IMG/VR virus record: IMGVR_UViG_2737471864_000007
Location: 1-18,204 of that record
Origin: a virus
Taxonomy: Duplodnaviria; Heunggongvirae; Uroviricota; Caudoviricetes
Strand: one strand, 5' to 3'
Length of the DNA stretch: 18,204 nucleotides
Part shown: one piece after another, positions 14,429 through 18,204 of the stretch
Numbering within the stretch: position 1 is the first letter of the stretch
Layout of the letters: each line of letters starts with the position of its first letter
Notes under the pieces: generated by a model
Databases searched by the model: none
What the model saw: only the letters and a program-made list of their open reading frames with translations
Told to the model about the DNA's origin: nothing
Translations under genes and position numbers: made by a program

Positions 14429-14779
14429 ATGCCTCCACGAACCCCAAAAGCCTGCCGCGTTCGCGGCTGCCGCCATACCACGACTGACCCGTCAGGCTAT
14501 TGCGAAAGCCACAAAAGCGAAGGCTGGAAGCAATATAAGCCAGGCCAGTCCCGACACCAGCGCGGTTATGGTTCTAAGTGGGACGTTATCCGCGCGCGTG
14601 TGCTGAAGCGTGACAAAGGCCTGTGCCAGTTGTGCCTGCGTGCCGGTGTGGTGCGCGAGGCGAAAACCGTTGACCACATCATCCCTAAAGCGCATGGCGG
14701 CTCTGATGCCGACAGTAATCTGCAGAGTCTGTGCTGGCTGTGTCATAAGGCGAAGACGGCCCGTGAACGGCTGAAGTAA
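14429..14779 (+). CDS. HNH endonuclease (phage terminase-associated)
   Basis: 116 aa. Cys pairs (CRVRGC...C.SH) and the HNH core DHIIPKAHGGSDADSNLQSLCWLCH. Located immediately upstream of terS, as in HK97-like cos phages. Confidence 0.85.
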   Translation: MPPRTPKACRVRGCRHTTTDPSGYCESHKSEGWKQYKPGQSRHQRGYGSKWDVIRARVLKRDKGLCQLCLRAGVVREAKTVDHIIPKAHGGSDADSNLQSLCWLCHKAKTARERLK

Positions 14780-14805
14780 GAACCAGTTCCCACTGCCAGA
14801 GGGGA

Positions 14806-14866
14806 GGGGCGGGTCAAATCCCTGTGACCTGACGTCTTCCGGACTGCCCGCCCCATCGTTTTTTTA
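14806..14866 (+). other. GC-rich long-range stem plus T-tract between HNH and terS; candidate cos-region element or terminator
   Basis: GGGGCGGG (14806-14813) pairs with CCCGCCCC (14847-14854), followed by ATCG and a run of seven T. Confidence 0.3.
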
Positions 14867-14904
14867 TACCCGCGAAAAATGAAATTTAACCAGGAGTGCC
14901 GCAT

Positions 14905-15399
14905 ATGGCTGGAACGGCGGGGCGTTCCGGGCGTCGCCCCAAGCCAACGGCGCGCAAGGCGCTGGCCGGAAACCCCGGCAAGCGAGCCCTGAATAAAGAT
15001 GAACCTGTTTTTACGCCCATCAAAGGTGTTGAGCCACCGGAGTGGTTCGCTGAAGAAGATCTCCCTCTCGCCACGATCATGTGGCAACTGACAACCAAAG
15101 AACTCTGCGGTCAGGGCCTGCTGTGCGTGACTGACCTCGCGGTGCTTGAGCGGTGGTGCGTGGCCTACGAGTTCTGGCGACGTGCCGTGAAAAATATTGC
15201 CAGACAGGGCAACACCATCACCGGTGCAATGGGCGGTATGGTCAAAAATCCGGAGCTGACCGCCAAAAAAGAACAGGAGTCCGAGATGAGCAGTACGGGG
15301 GCAATGCTCGGACTCGACCCCAGCAGCCGCCAGCGTCTGATTGGCCTGGCGGGGAAGAAGAAAGCCACTAACCCGTTTCTGAAAATTATCGAATCATGA
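14905..15399 (+). CDS. terS: Terminase small subunit (P27-like family)
   Basis: About 164 aa from the ATG at 14905 (CAGGAG upstream); the track's form starts at a GTG at 14896. Basic N-terminus. Stop overlaps the terL start (ATGA). Confidence 0.75.
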   Translation: MAGTAGRSGRRPKPTARKALAGNPGKRALNKDEPVFTPIKGVEPPEWFAEEDLPLATIMWQLTTKELCGQGLLCVTDLAVLERWCVAYEFWRRAVKNIARQGNTITGAMGGMVKNPELTAKKEQESEMSSTGAMLGLDPSSRQRLIGLAGKKKATNPFLKIIES

Positions 15400-17129
15400 G
15401 CCGGAAATCTTACCCCAACGTAAATGCTGCAAATCAGTATGCCCGGGATGTCGTGCGCGGAAAGATTATTGCCTGCCAGTTTGTGATTCAGGCCTGCCAG
15501 CGCCATCTTGATGACCTGATGGCGGAAAAAAGTAAGTCGTTTCGTTACCGCTTCGACAAGGACCTGGCTGAACGGGCCGCCAAATTTATTCAGCTGTTGC
15601 CGCACACCAAGGGTGAGTGGGCATTTAAACGGATGCCCATCACGCTGGAGCCGTGGCAGCTATTTGTGATCTGCTGTGCGTTTGGCTGGGTCAATAAAGG
15701 CACCCGGTTGCGCCGCTTCCGGGAGGTGTATACCGAAATTCCCCGTAAGAACGGCAAATCGGCAATCTCTGCCGGTGTTGCCCTGTATTGTTTTGCCTGT
15801 GATAACGAGTTCGGCGCGGAAGTGTATTCCGGTGCCACGACGGAGAAACAGGCGTGGGAAGTCTTTCGTCCGGCACGACTGATGTGTAAACGCACACCCA
15901 TGCTGACGGAAGCGTTCGGGATTGAGGTTAACGCCTCAAACATGAACCGTCCGGAGGATGGTGCGCGGTTTGAACCGCTGATCGGTAACCCCGGTGATGG
16001 TTCATCACCCCACTGTGCCGTGGTGGATGAATATCACGAGCACGCCACAGATGCGCTTTACACCACGATGCTTACCGGGATGGGGGCGCGACGCCAGCCA
16101 CTGATGTGGGCCATTACCACCGCCGGGTACAACATTGAGGGGCCGTGCTACGACAAACGGCGGGAAGTCATCGAGATGCTCAACGGCTCGGTGCCAAACG
16201 ATGAACTGTTCGGGATCATCTATACCGTTGATGAAGGTGACGACTGGACCGACCCGCAGGTGCTGGAAAAAGCCAATCCAAATATTGGCGTGTCGGTTTA
16301 TCGCGAATTTTTGTTAAGTCAGCAGCAGCGTGCGAAAAATAACGCCCGTCTGGCAAACGTCTTTAAAACAAAACACCTCAATATCTGGGTGTCGGCGCGT
16401 TCGGCGTATTTCAACCTGGTGAGCTGGCAGAGCTGCGAGGATAAATCACTGACCCTTGAGCAGTTCGAGGGGCAGCCGTGCATTCTGGCCTTTGACCTGG
16501 CGCGTAAGCTGGATATGAACAGCATGGCGCGACTTTATACCCGCGAGATTGACGGTAAAACGCATTACTACAGTGTGGCCCCGCGTTTCTGGGTACCGTA
16601 TGACACGGTGTACAGCGTCGAGAAAAATGAAGATCGCCGGACAGCCGAACGCTTTCAGAAATGGGTGGAAATGGGCGTTCTGACCGTTACCGATGGTGCG
16701 GAGGTGGATTATCGCTACATCCTCGAAGAGGCCAAAGCGGCGAACAAAATCAGCCCGGTCAGTGAGTCACCCATCGACCCCTTCGGGGCGACCGGGCTGT
16801 CACATGACCTTGCTGATGAAGACCTGAACCCCGTCACCATCATTCAGAACTACACCAACATGTCCGATCCGATGAAAGAGCTGGAAGCGGCGATTGAATC
16901 GGGGCGCTTTCATCATGACGGCAATCCCATCATGACCTGGTGTATCGGCAACGTGGTCGGCAAAACCATTCCGGGTAACGATGATGTGGTGAAGCCCGTC
17001 AAGGAGCAGGCGGAAAACAAAATCGATGGTGCAGTTGCGCTGATTATGGCGGTTGGCAGAGCCATGCTGTACGAGAAAGAAGACACGCTGTCTGATCACA
17101 TTGAGTCCTACGGGATCCGCTCGCTTTAA
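15396..17129 (+). CDS. terL: Terminase large subunit (ATPase/nuclease)
   Basis: 577 aa. Walker A-like GKS context ([12 protein letters not shown]) and Walker B-like hydrophobic-DE (AVVDEYHEH). Size and position after terS. Confidence 0.85.
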
Positions 17130-17140
17130 CTGAGGTAATT

Positions 17141-17323
17141 ATGATCATGCTGATTCTCGCGCCTCTGGTGGGCGTGCTGGGTGCGCTTTTGCTGGCGTAT
17201 GGTGCCTGGCTGATTTATCCCCCGGCGGGTTTTGTTGTTGCCGGGGCGCTGTGCCTGTTCTGGTCGTGGCTGGTGGCGCGATATCTCGACCGTACACAGT
17301 CGTCTGTCGGCGGAGGTAAATAG
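17141..17323 (+). CDS. Small two-TM membrane protein, hypothetical
   Basis: 60 aa. GAGGT SD 4 nt upstream of the ATG. Two hydrophobic helices. Sits at the apparent junction between the terminase and tail genes. Confidence 0.45.
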
Positions 17324-17389
17324 TGTTCTTTTCGGGATTATTTCAACGAAAAAGTGACGCACCGGTGACCACGCCAGCAGAGCTGGCGG

Positions 17390-17872
17390 ATGACCGAACA
17401 ACAGACCCTGCTGTCTCATGGCGTGGCAACGGCGTATGTCGAAAGCGGGGTACTGCGCATTCAGCGTGATGTCACCACGTACAGGAAAAACGCTTACGGG
17501 GTTGCGGATAACAGCTACCTCGACAGTGAGACACTGCATACCAGCGCGTATGTACTGCGCAAACTGAAATCCGTCATTACCAGTAAGTACGGGCGTCACA
17601 AGCTTGCCAGTGACGGTACCCGCTTTGGTCCCGGTCAGGCGATTGTCACCCCGGCGGTGATCAAAGGGGAACTGCTGGCAACCTACCGTCAGCTCGAGCG
17701 TGCGGGGATCGTGGAAAACTACGAACTGTTCAAGCAGTACCTGGTTGTGGAGCGTGATGCCAGCGATCCGAACCGCCTGAACACGCTGTTCCCGCCTGAC
17801 TATGTTAACCAGTTGCGTGTCTTTGCCGTGGTTAACCAGTTCCGTCTTCAGTATTCAGAGGAGTCTGCATAA
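17390..17872 (+). CDS. Phage structural protein, possibly a C-terminal fragment of a contractile-tail sheath protein
   Basis: 160 aa. No strong SD. In-frame stops upstream leave no room for the N-terminal two-thirds of a sheath. Followed directly by a tail-tube-like gene. Family assignment tentative. Confidence 0.4.
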   Translation: MTEQQTLLSHGVATAYVESGVLRIQRDVTTYRKNAYGVADNSYLDSETLHTSAYVLRKLKSVITSKYGRHKLASDGTRFGPGQAIVTPAVIKGELLATYRQLERAGIVENYELFKQYLVVERDASDPNRLNTLFPPDYVNQLRVFAVVNQFRLQYSEESA

Positions 17873-18204
17873 TGGCCCGTATCGGGGGAACCTGTTATTT
17901 CAAAATTGACGGTCAGCAGCTATCGCTGACCGGCGGCATTGAGGTGCCCATGAACAGGACGGTCAATGATGACATCATCGGCCTGGACGGTTCAGTGGAC
18001 CGCAAGGAAACTCACCGTGCGCCTTATGTCAAAGGGACCTTCAAGGTGCCGAAGAATTTTCCGGTGAGCAAAATCACCTCGTCTGATGAGATGACCATCA
18101 CTGCCGAGCTGGCGAACGGTCAGGTCTATGTACTGTCGTCTGCCTGGCTGCACGGCGAAGCGAACCATAATGCCGAAGAAGGCACGTGTAGATTCAATCT
18201 GTCA
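17873..18204 (+). CDS. Putative phage tail tube protein (5' partial; continues beyond window end)
   Basis: ATG at 17873 with GAGGAG 8 nt upstream, overlapping the upstream stop. Translation MARIGGTCYFKIDGQQLSLTGGIEVPMNRTV... is open to the window end. Tail-tube call is by pattern and position. Confidence 0.45.

Noticed and set aside
14811-14822. tRNA T-loop-like string GGGTCAAATCCC
   Set aside because: No acceptor, D or anticodon arms can be built around it, and it sits inside the long GC stem between HNH and terS.
14492-15098. Minus-strand ORFs antisense to HNH and terS (14492-14746, 14743-15087, 14886-15098)
   Set aside because: Antisense to strongly supported genes; Arg/Ala/Gly-rich composition typical of GC-rich antisense frames.
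15165-17599. Minus-strand ORFs antisense to terS and terL (15165-15605, 15590-15943, 15691-15897, 16319-16525, 16800-17099, 17126-17599)
   Set aside because: They lie entirely inside well-supported terminase genes on the opposite strand and have non-protein-like composition; they are open-frame artefacts.
1-18204. CRISPR arrays, rRNA and tRNA genes
   Set aside because: No regularly spaced repeat-spacer array and no rRNA- or tRNA-like sequence were seen on reading the window.

Overview
The window reads as a mosaic, probably defective lambdoid prophage of an enterobacterial host, entered from its integrase end. All calls rest on reading the supplied ORF translations and the sequence by eye; no database search was run, and composition statements (AT-rich, GC-rich) are visual, not computed. 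Layout: (1) 1-2429, an AT-rich two-gene operon of a HAD / phosphoribosyltransferase / zinc-ribbon fusion protein and a DprA-like protein, which looks like a ShosTA-type toxin-antitoxin defence pair; (2) 2495-5820, minus-strand int, xis and three early-left genes resembling E. coli CPS-53 yfdR, yfdQ and yfdP; (3) 5840-6290, a GC-rich ORF-free segment full of inverted repeats, then an AT-rich plus-strand ORF, a small minus-strand ORF and a boxA-like 12-mer; (4) 7059-9690, the immunity region, with OL-like and OR-like operator blocks, cI, cro and a cII-like gene, and an AT-rich TerB-repeat/BRCT gene sitting between OL and cI; (5) 9687-10896, remnants of a replication module and a Q-like protein; (6) 10947-14301, a terminator-flanked AT-rich moron, the lysis cassette (two membrane proteins, GH19 endolysin, Rz/Rz1) and a second AT-rich moron; (7) 14429-18204, HNH endonuclease, terS, terL, then directly a possible tail-sheath fragment and a partial tail-tube gene, with no portal or capsid genes. 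The strongest candidates for an accessory or undescribed system are the ShosTA-like pair, the TerB-repeat/BRCT gene in the rex-equivalent position, the structured GC-rich segment with its adjacent ORF, and the two membrane-anchored morons. No rRNA, tRNA or CRISPR array was seen.
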